64,000 bases of DNA from Monocercomonoides exilis PA203 (Eukaryota; Protista; Preaxostyla). A program made the translations under genes and the position numbers. Positions 1 to 12,198 of the stretch are shown one piece after another; position 1 is the first letter of the stretch; every line of letters starts with the position of its first letter. Location: NCBI GenBank assembly GCA_001643675.2, contig LSRY02000007.1:1860001-1924000 (forward strand), read 5' to 3'. The notes under the pieces are model-generated. The model searched no databases and had not been told where the DNA came from. It saw only the letters and a program-made list of their open reading frames with translations.

Positions 1-1408
1 TGGCAAGCCCCTTTCGGAAAGTAAACAGCGCATTCTCTCTTTCTTCTTGCGTTCTGTCTCCGTGGATGGATGTCGCCTGAAATCCTTCGTAATTCAGCTG
101 GTGCTCAAGCTTGTTAGCTTCTGCTTTTGTCTCAGTGAAAACAAGAACCAAGTTCAGTTCTTTATCTCCACCAGAACTGGGTTTACTGATTGAAGAAGTT
201 GAGCTCCTTGGTGTTGATGAACTGTGCAAGCTGGATGTCGTTCCAAGAATATCTTGCAAAAGAAGAACCAATTGGGTGTATGCAACATCGTCGATTCCAC
301 GCCCCATATCGACGATTTTCTCAAATTTCTGTGTGATATCTTGAGTTGTCGTTCCCACTTTCCCAACAACAACAAAAAGATAATCAGAAAGGAAATCTGC
401 AGACATGCGCTGTATTTCAACTGGAAATGTCGCAGAAAACATTAAAGTTTGCCTTCTTCCGGTTTCTGGCATTTCATGCTTATAAACAATCTCCCGGATC
501 TGAGGTGCAAAACCCATATCAAGCATTGTATCAGCCTCATCCAAGCAAAATATTTCGATTCGGCGAAGTGAAATAATCCGTTTTTGAAGAAGATCTGTCA
601 ATCTTCCTGGAGTTGCAACAATTAGATCCGAGCCATGCCTCCTAATAGCAGAGACTTGCTCTTTCATATTTCGCCCTCCATAAGCTAATGATACAATCAC
701 ATTCGTACAATGAGAAAATTTGAGCGCTTCTTCAAAAATCTGGATTGACAATTCTCTTGTAGGTGCCAAAATTAATGCAAGAGGATGTACAATAAGCTGT
801 CCTCCAACATAAGATTTTCCACCAAAATTCTTAGCTTTTACAAGTTTTGCCAAAATTGGCAGCAAAAAGGCGGCCGTCTTCCCCGAACCAGTTTGAGCAC
901 ATGCCATCAAATCACGGTTTTCTAAGATGATAGGTATTGCATGTTTCTGAATTGGTGTTGGCTTTTGATACTGGGCAAGCCGAATATTTCTATTAATTGC
1001 TTGGCCAAAGTCTAATTCAACAAAATTGTTGAACGGCTCAACAAAGTTTTTCCCGCTAACTTCAACGTCAATTTTATCGTAATCATCAAAGTGAATTCCT
1101 GATTTTGTTGAATTTGCGAACATTTTTTTTTCTCTTTCTTTTTGTTCTTCTGTCAAAACAAATTCACTATCGCCACCATAACCCACTCTTGAAGAATAAC
1201 TATCGCTCGATGGTAGAGGTGCGGAATCGCTTCTAGAAGGGTGAAGTGTCCTTGACTGAAATGAATGAGAAGTCGAAATGCCAGAAGTGCGAAATGAACC
1301 GCCAGACTGATTCTGCGCTGCCTGTTCCTGGCGTCTTCGATGAGGAGGAACATATTTTTCTTCTGAAGGTTTAACTTCAGTTTTGTTATCCGTATTTATT
1401 TCAGACAT
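1..1408 (-). CDS. DDX3: DEAD-box RNA helicase, DDX3/Ded1 family (3' end runs off the window)
   Basis: Manual translation from ATG at 1408 is open to position 2. It contains N-terminal YVPPHRR, GIHFDDYDKIDVEVSG, Q-motif PTPIQKHAIP, motif I AQTGSGKT, LAPTREL, ATPGRL, DEADTMLDMGF, FSATFP and SIHGDRTQEERENAL. It is absent from the ORF track because it has no stop in the window. Confidence 0.95.
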   Translation of the reverse strand, partial: MSEINTDNKTEVKPSEEKYVPPHRRRQEQAAQNQSGGSFRTSGISTSHSFQSRTLHPSRSDSAPLPSSDSYSSRVGYGGDSEFVLTEEQKEREKKMFANSTKSGIHFDDYDKIDVEVSGKNFVEPFNNFVELDFGQAINRNIRLAQYQKPTPIQKHAIPIILENRDLMACAQTGSGKTAAFLLPILAKLVKAKNFGGKSYVGGQLIVHPLALILAPTRELSIQIFEEALKFSHCTNVIVSLAYGGRNMKEQVSAIRRHGSDLIVATPGRLTDLLQKRIISLRRIEIFCLDEADTMLDMGFAPQIREIVYKHEMPETGRRQTLMFSATFPVEIQRMSADFLSDYLFVVVGKVGTTTQDITQKFEKIVDMGRGIDDVAYTQLVLLLQDILGTTSSLHSSSTPRSSTSSISKPSSGGDKELNLVLVFTETKAEANKLEHQLNYEGFQATSIHGDRTQEERENALFTFRKGLA

Positions 1409-2613
1409 CAAAGTCTAAAAATTGGTTATAACCATATTATTGTTTATGAAACCCAAAGCTCGCATATCAAGATCTATATGATCTTTGAAAAAATCAATAT
1501 TTTATTTGTTTCTTTTAATCAATATATTAGAACAGTAAATCGCATCTAATCGTTGCAGTATTCTATTTTGATAGGCTGTTCTCGATATAAGCATGAATTG
1601 AAAGTGGAAAAGGCAAAAATAATAAATTTTTTATTATTCACGTGCTTCATTTTGCAAAAAACATCATCAAAGATACTTCGTGATTTTTATATATTTCTCT
1701 CTATTTTGTATATCCAGTGTTTTGTAGTTTCATCGTTTGTTTATTTTATTATCCTCCCAAATCATCGAACAATATCATAATTGATTTTTTATTTGGAAAT
1801 TTGCTTCCGTTTATAAAGCATAATTTTAATATTATGCTGTGGAAGGTGATATGTTCCATGAAGGAAGTATTTTAAAACTTCAAGTGAACTATTTTCTGTT
1901 CAATTCTAAAAGAAAAATCAAATATGTATTTTTCAATTGAAAAGCAAGTTAAATTGAATATTTTGATAAGAATGTGAGAAATAATGCAATTAAAGAATAA
2001 TTTTAAGGAAGCCCTCGTTGAAGCTGTTCGTTTTATTCGTTTTGTTTCTGTTTTCAAAATCTTGTTTAACTTTCAAGGATAATTTATAGTTGAGAAGTTT
2101 GAAAATTATCTGATTTCTTTTTTAACCATTTCACTTTTCTTACATGATAATTTGCTCATTTTTTCCACCACTCTTTTATTCTCAATTTCAAAAACATTTT
2201 TCACTTGTTATATTTGTAGCATTTATTTTTCTAGCCAAGATTGAAGTATTTTTGAGAAAATTGTTCAATGTAATTTAAAAAATGATTAAATATTCTTTTG
2301 TGAGTTATTTATCTTTTCAATTCTTATCTTTCTTCACATTTTTGTACTGATGAAAGCAGGAAAGAAATAATCCTGAACATGCATTCAAATCATTCTTTGC
2401 CATTATCATGATTAACATTCTTAATTTTCGAATCATTCATCTTTCAATTATTTATTTACGTAATATCTGTTTTTTAAAAAAATACTTCAATTTAAAGATT
2501 TATTATTTACCTTGATCAAAGAATGTTATCAGATTTTTTCCTGCTCAATTTAAAATAAATGCCTGCTAAAAATTGGAACTTTTATAATTTGTATTGATAT
2601 ATTTTCAATTAAC

Positions 2614-3021
2614 ATGAATTCTCAAATGAATCAAGAAAATGAACACAGAGACTCAACTGGACAAACTGATTTTTCCTCTGTTCCTGTTTCATCTATTGCC
2701 TTGTCTAATTCACCTCTACCTCACAATGCACAACCTGTGCAAGATCATCAAGAAGGAATGCTTAAACAAACAGGAGAGCATATGAAAACATTTTTTGTTG
2801 AAGGAGCACATTCAACAAAAGCGGCTGCAGAAGTTATCGGGGAAAAAATAGCATCATTTGCAGGCTCTGCTACAAATAAAACTAAGGATGCATTGTCTTC
2901 ACTTGCTGGCTCCATTAAATCAGGTGTTAAAACGCTTTCTGATAAAATGACACAAAAGCACGATATGAATGAATCAGTAAAAGATGCTCAAGTGCCTTCG
3001 GGAATAGGTCATAATCAATAA
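2614..3021 (+). CDS. Small hydrophilic protein, LEA (group 3)-like amphipathic helix
   Basis: 135-aa ATG ORF in AT-rich flanks. The segment EGMLKQTGEHMKTFFVEGAHSTKAAAEVIGEK...KTKDALSSLAGSIKSGVKTLSDK resembles LEA_4/apolipoprotein-type helical repeats. The family assignment is inference. Confidence 0.6.
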   Translation: MNSQMNQENEHRDSTGQTDFSSVPVSSIALSNSPLPHNAQPVQDHQEGMLKQTGEHMKTFFVEGAHSTKAAAEVIGEKIASFAGSATNKTKDALSSLAGSIKSGVKTLSDKMTQKHDMNESVKDAQVPSGIGHNQ

Positions 3022-3241
3022 TTCTTATTTTCTGAAAATGATATTTATATATTGTATTTTATGTTATTTAAAGACATTTTTACAAAATATTGCATTTATG
3101 AATAATTTCTTTTTAGACAATAAAAATTGACTATTTTGCGAGTAGAATTTTCATTGAGTTTTGTGCATATTTTTTATTACTAAAACATCAAAAAAACGAT
3201 TAACGGATACATAATTTTAATTTATTAAAGAAATAATCTAT

Positions 3242-4377
3242 ATGGAGAAGGAAACACATCTCTATTATGATGTAGCTTTGTTTGACATGGATGGAACATT
3301 ATCTGACTCTCAAGGTATTTCGCTATTTTGTTTGTAATCTTATTTTTGGTGACTGTAGCACTTATTGTTGAATGTTGTCAGCTTACACTTGATCACTTTG
3401 GAAAATCAAAAACAAGAGAACAAATTAGAGTAATGAATCATTTTTTAGTTTTTAATTGTTTAGATTTATTGAGATTATTTGCCTGTTAAGGATGGATTAA
3501 AATCATTATCACTTAGAGGGGAATTATCAAATCTAATGGACAAAGAACTTGATGATCAAGAATATAGAACTGTTTCTAAATTTTATATAAACACTCAGTC
3601 TAGCATTAGAAAAGATTACTTGAAATCTTTTGATGGGGTTTGAATTAAGATGCAAATTTTAATTTCGAATTACTTTAATAATTTTTGGAAAATAAAAATC
3701 TTTTTTCAAAATGCCTATCTTGTCACAAAGGCTCTAGACATGCTGAAAATTTTGACAACCAAAGGGGTAAAAATTGGAGTTGTTTCAAATCGGATGGAAA
3801 AGTCATTGAGAGATGACTGCGACTTTCTTGGACTATTTCCTTATGTCGAAGTTTGCAGAAAGTATAAATACTTGAAACAACATTTTCCACATAATTTTAT
3901 TGTTGCATGTAAATATAGGCGATATTTCCTCCTGATGTTGTCGGAGCATCAAAACCTGCTCCAGATGGTATTATTGCAGCGATGAAATATTTTCATGTGA
4001 CAGATCCCAAAAGAGTTTTATTTGTAGGGGATGCTGACGCAGATGTACTTGCTGCAGAAAGGTTTTTTAGATTTCTTAGAGCAATGCTTTGAATCTTTAA
4101 ATAATTATATATAATTTTTTTTTTTAGAGCAAAGTGCGATAGCTGCGTTGTTCCTTATGCTCAAAAGCGTGATTCAATGATTCATATTCCTACTTACTGG
4201 CTGAATTCACTTGAAGAAATACCTCTTTTGTGCGTCAATGGTCCTGATGCAATCCTCAATAAAAGCAAACCACTTTCTTCATGTTTATGTCATGTTAATA
4301 AACAAATTACAAATAAAGATGAAGCAAGTGTTGAATCACATTCATCACAAATTCCAAAAATTGAAGAAAAAATATGA
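3242..4377 (+). CDS. HAD-superfamily hydrolase (phosphoglycolate phosphatase-like), 6 exons
   Basis: Removing GT-AG introns at 3315-3358, 3430-3490, 3638-3730, 3851-3918 and 4062-4127 gives one open frame. It has HAD motif I (LFDMDGTL), motif II (GVVSN), motif III (SKPAPDGI) and motif IV (FVGDADAD). Confidence 0.9.
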
Positions 4378-4571
4378 AAACAAAACCATGAGAATCGAAA
4401 CTCTCATATGTACTTCCATTTTCGGTATCTCATTCTCGAATATGGCCCATCATTATTTATTATTGAATAAAAAATCAATTTGTTTGTATTCAATAAAGAT
4501 TTTTTAAATATGAAAAATCAGAATTATTTTTCACTTTATTTTGTTACAGCAATATTCGATCCATTTAACGT

Positions 4572-5051
4572 ATGGATGGAAGAAAAAGAAACGTATTTAC
4601 AATTAGAAAAAGTCATCTTCCAGCCTTGGACTCTTCACGTCAATCAACTCCAAGACAGACTTTCTTGACAGAATTTCCATCACAAAGTTCAATTGAAAAT
4701 TTTTTAACGATTGGTTTTGGATTATTCTTTTTTAAGCTGTACTTTAAAGATAATTGCTATTTTGTTTCAGATATCCGCAAAATTGGTGTTAATCAGGTTA
4801 AAAAATTAACAATGAACGTTAATGAAATGGTTTCTGAAATACTAAAAGCTTTATCAGATTTCAAAATTGATGATAAAGCACTTGAGGATGGACAAAGAGC
4901 TGATGAAATGATACGCATTTTAGATGAATGGGACTCGTCCCAGGAAGAATACGAAATAAAATTTGAATCTTTAATGAAAGATATTAATGATATAAAAGGT
5001 TATTTTTTTCTTATTTCCCATCCTCATATCTTTTCATTAACACTTTCAATT

Positions 5052-5099
<48 letters not shown>

Positions 5100-8000
5100 C
5101 GTTGTTGTTGTTGTTGTTGTTGTTGGCTTGATTTTCATCCTCCAATGATTCTTTTATTTTTAAGCTGGACAAATTCAAAAAGTTCAACAAGAAACGAAGA
5201 TGCGAACATCAGACAAAAAAATTCTTTATGGTAGACAAAGAGGAACAAATTCTTCTCATAACAACCATTCCCTTATATTTCAGCCAAAAAGCAAAGCAAC
5301 TCGATTGGAACAAGCAATCGAAAGATATCGGCAGAAGGTATTTTTAGCGTTTTTATTGAAAAAGAATTAGAAACGAGCTTAATTTAATGTTTATTATTCC
5401 ATTTTTAAATCAATACAATTGAAGCACTTCGAACAAATGAAGAAAAAAGAGACTGATGATGAAGAAGACGATGATTCCGAACGCGACGAACTCGTATCCA
5501 TCGTTAAAAGATCAGAAAGCCGCCAAGGCGAACGCAAGAGACTACGCGAAACGCTTAGACCAGCTTCTCCAATTAGAAGTTTGAGAGGGAAAGAGGATGA
5601 AACTAAAAAGGACGATGCAGAGGAAACGCATCTGCTCCGCACAAGCCAAACGTTGAAAACGTTTGAATCAATCAACATAAATCAATTTGCACATACTTTT
5701 ATTTTTATTTATTTATTTATTTATTCTTTCTCTGTTAATTGACTTTATTTCATTTATTTTTTTTTTAACATTTTTAACGAATAATTCATATATAATTTTT
5801 TTTGTTAATATATTTGCTTCAAAACTGTGATTTTTGTCAGCCGTTCATTTTCTCCATCGGATGAGCATTCAGATTTCGTTTCAGAAGATGATGTTCATAA
5901 AGCAATCCAGAAAACCCCAAGTTCAATCTTTTCTTCTCATTCTGGCTTCCCTCCTCGTTCTGCTTCTTCTCTAAGCTTTTCTTCTTCTTCTTTTCAGCGT
6001 CCTGTTTCGTCTTCCTTCACTTCTCCAACATTCTGTCAAAGTTTCACTGAATTCTCTCCAAACACTCCGTCTTCCAATACTTTCTATCCATCTACCACAC
6101 ACAATAAAAAATCGAGGCTTATGCAAACAAGCGCAGCAAGATCGTCTTTTGATATGAATTATTCGCTTCGTTCATCGCCTTTTATGTTTTCTCGTTCCTC
6201 TGTCAATTATCAGAGACGAGTTAATCCTCTTTCCCTTTCAGCACAAGCAACAGCACAATGGAGGCATATGGTGGAGCACGAAGTTAAGAAAAGGCAAGAA
6301 ATGATGGAGAAGGAAAGGGAAAGGGAAAGGGAAAGAGCAGAAAGAGAGAGAATGATTGAAAGAAGAGCAGCGACAGAGCACAGAAAGAAAAGGATCGTTA
6401 TTTCAGTTCCAAGAAATGTTCGTTGCAAAAAGTGGAGCAATTCAAGAAAAGGAGTAAATATTAAAAGAAATTCAGAAGTTAATTATGAAAAAAGTGAAGA
6501 AAGCCAAACAGAATCGGGAGATGCTTGTATGATTTCAAGATATGATGAAATCGACGAAAAAGGAGAAGATTTAGGAGTGCAAGCTTTTATGACAGAGCTG
6601 CCCGAGTCTCGTAACTCTGATAGTTTGCTATGCAATTCTGGGTTTTCTTCACCAGATGTTGAAGATCGCTATGCTCATTCAAAAGCACAATCACCTTTGT
6701 TTGAAGATTCAACAACAGGGCATGACAGTCAATTCACAGAAAAATCATCCAGTGCAAACTGGATTGTTCTGGAAGTCGACTCCTCTTTCAGACGATGGAG
6801 CATGCTAGTTCAGCATCGCTGGGCTGTTGTCATTTCTTCTGTTTCGAGATTGTTCTGCTTGGCTGACGCAGTCAATGAAGACAGGGCACGCCGTAATTTG
6901 AGAGATTTGCGTCAAGCAGCACATCTTGAAAGAGAGCAGACGAAGGAGAAAGAAGAAAGGCTTAAGCGAAGGAAGGCAATGACACGTGCTTGGATGGTGC
7001 TGTCAAGGGCGATAGGACGTTATGTGAGCTCTTTCCGAGCGAAACAGCGCTTGTGTGCATTGGAGATGATTTCTAGTGTGCTGAAAGATGTTGAGCGCAA
7101 TAGAAAGCTCACTCGGGTGATCAAAGAATATCGGGCACGAGTGAAACGGGCACAGATGGTTGCAAAGAGGTTTTTGGAGTGCCAGCACGCTCGAATGGAG
7201 GTTGCACTAATGATGTGGAACGAAGAAGAAGAGGTGATTCTGAAGGGTCGGCCAAGGAGAATTGTCAGCGCTGATCTGTATCCAGTAAGAAAAACGAGGA
7301 TTTCTTCTTCTTTAATGCAAAGCTTTAATGACAGAAGGCTTGAAAAATTTTCATCTGAATCATCATATGAAGGAATAGATGAATATGGTTTTCAACTTTC
7401 AACGAGCCTAATGAACCAAAAAGGTTATGGCGGTAAAAGGAAGAAGGAGAGAGATGTTATAATTGAGCTTCTTAATACTAAAACTATATTTGGGGGTCTT
7501 GTTGGAACGCTCAACGCTAAAGAAAAAAGAAAAAAGGGGAAAGAGGAAAATGATAGAATAGCTTTTACGTCGAAAAGAAACGTACAACATGCATCGAGGG
7601 GTCATTTATACATCAGCTCAAAAGATTTATCGAGAGGATATTCACAGAAGAGTCTCAAAACATCTCCATCCCTTTCACGCTTTGGATTATCTCCATCGAA
7701 GTTATTTGGTTCCACCTCTCTCAATTATCAAAAATCCACCAAAAAATTGGATAGTGATTTAATTGGAGACGAAAGACGTAAGTTTGTCATCCAAGAAAAG
7801 CTTTCTGAACTTCGTCATCAGCACATGTCCAACTTTGATTCATTGTTTAAGCAGAAGCAAAAGCTGGAGCAAAAGCCGAACGATAGACCGACTTCAACAG
7901 GAAAAAGTTGCAATAGCTCAGATAAAATTTCTTTAAAAGATGCAATTAATGTTCAATTAATATCTTCAGCATCATCTGTTGATGAAATTGAAAGTTACAT

Positions 8001-8340
8001 AAATGATGCTCCTTCTCAGAATACTATTGAATCAACCAAGCCACTTCATTCTCGTTCAAATTCTATAAATGTACATAAAGTTCAAAGAACTGATTCAAAT
8101 TTTTGTTTCATTTGCTTTCCTCCTTTCTTATTTTTTCGTGCTTTTAAGGCCACCCTTCCATCTCTCATTACGTCCACCTACCAGCAAGCAACTGGAAGAT
8201 CGGCAATCTTATCGCATATGCACAATTTAAATGTGAATTATCAGCAACCTTCAATGCCACAGGTGTTAAATGAGCAGGAACAAAAAAATGAAGATTTAAC
8301 AAAATATGAGGATGAAGAAAAGGGAACATCGAAAGATTAG
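4572..8340 (+). CDS. Hypothetical multi-exon coiled-coil/Ser-rich protein
   Basis: ORF fragments 4572-5234, 5419-5742 and 5827-8340 are separated by AT-rich segments with GT...AG ends. The final exon is about 2.5 kb. No family was recognised, and the exon boundaries are only partly resolved. Confidence 0.65.
5054..5124 (+). repeat. Poly-T(46) followed by (GTT)8 microsatellite, intronic
   Basis: Directly visible. It explains the spurious poly-F/poly-C stretch in ORF 4572-5234. Confidence 0.95.
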
Positions 8341-9020
8341 ACTTTTATCATCGGAAATGGAAGAGCGTAGAATGTTATTGATCAAAAAGAAAAGAAATAT
8401 AACAATTATATTTTAATTTTTTTCAGGGTAGGAATACATGTGAAAAAAAGTCAAAGGATTCTGCAGATGTAATAAAAGTTTTATTCTAAATTCATGAACT
8501 TGGTTATTGTTATGAATGCCACTAACCACTGTTCTGGAGCTTTCCTTTTTTGAAAATTTTCTGAAATATGTCATTTACAAGTATTCGTTTCTTGAAACAA
8601 CAGTTGTCAGATTTCTATACTGTATTTTATGTGATGGCTTTTGTTGATTTTTTGTTGATTTTTTCGAGAGCCTTCGATATATATATTTTTTGATGAAACT
8701 TTTTCTTTTTGAAATTGTTTTTGTTTTTGTTTGCACTTTGCAGTAAAGTGCGCAGTGACATTCTGCATTTGAATTAGCATTTTTACATGTTAAATACAAT
8801 TGATATCTTTCTTGTTTTTCGTTTGGTAAATTATTCATGTATATTTTCACTTTTGTTTGTTTCATGATTCCTTTTCCATTTCCCTTTCATTTTTTTTTCA
8901 AGTTTCTTTATAAAATTTTCTTATAACGATTAAAATAACATATATCTATCTAAATTCTGTTTTGACTCACAAAATTTCTAAAGAGTGGAAATAATTGCGA
9001 AGAAAAACTATTTTCTAACT

Positions 9021-12000
9021 GGGTGATTTTTTTTGATATCATAAAAAAAGATCAAAAATCGAAAAAATAAAATCTATTGTGGTATTTGATGATCAAAGAG
9101 TTTTTAGATCAATTTCAAGTATATAACTTCTATTTCTGTAATATATATTTGTTTTATTGTTATAGTAAAAAAACATACCTTTTTAATGTTTTTGTTAAAA
9201 AGATTTTTTTTGATCAAGTAAAATAAAAATTAACCTAAAATAAATAAAGTTAAACCAACAAAACTCATCAAAAAGACAAAAAAATATTCTTAACTTGCTC
9301 AAAAAAGCTAATAAAAGGGAAAAAATATTTAAAGAACTTTTAAATATGCAACAAATTTGTGAATTTTTATTTTTCCGTAGAAAAAGAAATGAGCTTTCCA
9401 TTAATCAAGATGAAACCTCATTGAAAAATTCCCGAATCTGCCGAACAGCACGACGGATTCAGCAAACGAAGATTATGCTATTTAGGAAACTGTAGTTTTA
9501 AAAATAATGACTCAATTACAAAACTTCTCTTTTTATTCTTTATGCAAATTCAGTTAAAGCTTACTTCTAAATACACCATATCGTTTCCTTTCATTTCTCC
9601 TCGACATTTTTAAATTCTTCCTTCGTTAACTTCGTGCTTTTCCTAAGTTCCTGCTCTTGTTGCTTTGTGAAGAAATCAACATTGAATTCGCCTGAGCCAT
9701 CATTTGTTTTTTGTTTATGCCATTTCTTTCCCTCTTTCATCATCATCTTCCTCTTTCTCTTGATCATCCTTTTCTTTCGTTTTTGCTTCCACTTCCTTTA
9801 ACTCTCTCTCCATCATCGCTCTCATCTCTTCCTATGGCAACTGTATCTTTTGCTTCACAAGCAACTCACTTTGATGATCAAAATTGATATCCTTCCACTC
9901 AACTTCCAAACCTTCTATCTTCTCTTTCTCTTCCTTCGGCTCTCGGCATCAGCAGCAATTAAACAATGGCATGCCCTGTTCTTCCCTTCCTTGTGGAGTT
10001 TGGCTCATCCTTAACACTTTATCCTTTCCCTTCTGAACCCTCTGCTCTCTCCCATGCTCACTCTCAGAGTCGTTTGGAAGCGCTTCATCGAAGCTTTCTG
10101 AGAAATCTATTAGTTCTTTTTAATTTGTTGTTTTGTGAGCGCTGAATATGAGCAAGAGTTTAGATTGTGGAATAAGTTGCAGCTTGGGAGAAGAAGAAGA
10201 GGAAGGGAATGAAGGAGAAGGAGCAAATGGTTGAGGAATTGATTATTCCCTCTTTCAAATACGTTTCTGGAAGAAGAAAATCATTCTTGTTGTTGAGGAG
10301 CGAACTCAGTGACTCAGATATGGCAGTTCTTCTCTTCTCATTGGACCATGTTACACTGTGGCTGTTTTGCGCTGCATTCTACTGAGGTGGAGAAGCTGTG
10401 TGCGTTCTTCAGTCAGTTTGTGGAGCATGTCATGGTGGGATCAGCGTAGCATAGAATTAGAACCGAGGCAATCAATGGAATCTGCAGAAAAGGTGAGCAC
10501 AGGAAAGAACGCAGTCGAGACAAAGTGGGCGAATGACCTTGTGTGCGAGGAGAAGACGGACATGAACACCAATCTTCTTCTTCTTTATCTCTTTAGAAAC
10601 ACTCTCCTTTTCTTCATCCTCATCACCATCATCTTCCTCCGTATCTTCTCCTGTTCCTCTTTTTCCCAACAGGTGCATACAGATTAAGCAAAGCGCCAGC
10701 AGTTATTATTTTCGCTATTTCATTGGCCGTTGGTGAAGCCAGTAGTCCAACAAGATTCGACACAACACCCCAGCTCAGCAAACGACGCTATAGCTCTTCC
10801 TTCGTGACTGTTTGTTCGTTGTTCGCTTCTTTATCCTTCTCGTTTCTCATCTCCTTCGCATCCCCATGCATCACCCTTCCCTCATATCCCCTCCGTGGTC
10901 TTCCATCATATCCTCCATCTCATTTTCCCTCACCATCTCCTTCTTCATCCGGCCCTTTTCCTTCTACAAGCGCCTCGATGATTTCGACGCGTTGTTCCGC
11001 ACAATCGCCTGTTGTGAGTGCATCAGCTCGACTGGCTTTTTTAACAGAGCCTTGTCGAGCGAGCTGGCAAACAGCTTGAACGACTTGGTGGTCAACGAGA
11101 AAAGAATGGAAGAAGCCTTGTCGATGTATTCAGCGCAACGCGAGTGCAGCAGGCGGTGGATGGACTAAAAAATGCCTTGGCGCAGGAACACAGAGTGGAA
11201 CACAGCACCGTTGGTGATGAACTTGTTTATCACACGAAGAGAAGAAGAGACAAGAAGGTACCAACGGAAACTGAATGTGAATATATATGCGTATTTGTGA
11301 ATAATGATTACGAATGAGTGAAAAAGAGTGTGTAAAAAGGAAGAAGAAAAAGAATTCGAAAAGAAAGAAAGAAAATAATGTGAATGAAATTTCAATTAAT
11401 AGTTTCTGGCAAACACCATGAAACTGATCAATTGCTTTGCAACAGCGTCATTCAGCAAATAATATTTATTGCTTTGCAAGACAACTGAAAAATCATAGAT
11501 ATTATTCCACCATCATAACTATTCATCATTTGAGGGTGAACAAAAAATTTAAATAAAGATAAATATTTGAAAAGCAGAATACAGATTAACAAAAATAAAT
11601 GAAACAATTAATGAAATATATTCTATTTTTCAGAATAATTCATATTTTCCATACAATTCTGGTTCCCCATGTGAGTCATTGCGTTTAGTCCCCTCAGCCT
11701 GCGGATGTCGTCGAAGCCGCAGACCATTAACTGCACAACAGGAAACGCACAGCCCAGCGAATGTGGAACTTCTATCGAAAAAAAAGCACTACAAACAACA
11801 CTGGCACACAGCTCAATCACATTCCACCGCTTTTCTTTGAACGAACGCCATAAGCTGTGCTTGATGGATGGCAGGTTGGTTGGGGAAAGAGAAAAGGAAG
11901 AAGAAGAAGAAGAAGAAGAAGGTGATGGCGATGATGGTGATGAAATAAGAAATGAAGAAGAAGTGAATAAAGATGATTTGCATGCAGATGTAAACGTTGA

Positions 12001-12166
12001 GAAAGTGATTGCGTTCGATAATATGCTGCTGAATCCTTCTTGGATTTTTGATTTCTGGCTGATAAGCCGAGCAAAGCGTGGTTTCAATCGATACGGGCTT
12101 ATTCTTCCTTTTATCCCATTCTATTTTTTCTGAGCCTTTCTGATGTCTTTGTCAAATCCATCTTCT

Positions 12167-12198
<32 letters not shown>

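Noticed and set aside
11623-11710. RLRGLNAMTHMGNQNCMENMN as a USP deubiquitinase Cys-box
   Set aside because: The spacing does not fit GLxNxGNTCY/FxN, and no His-box was found.
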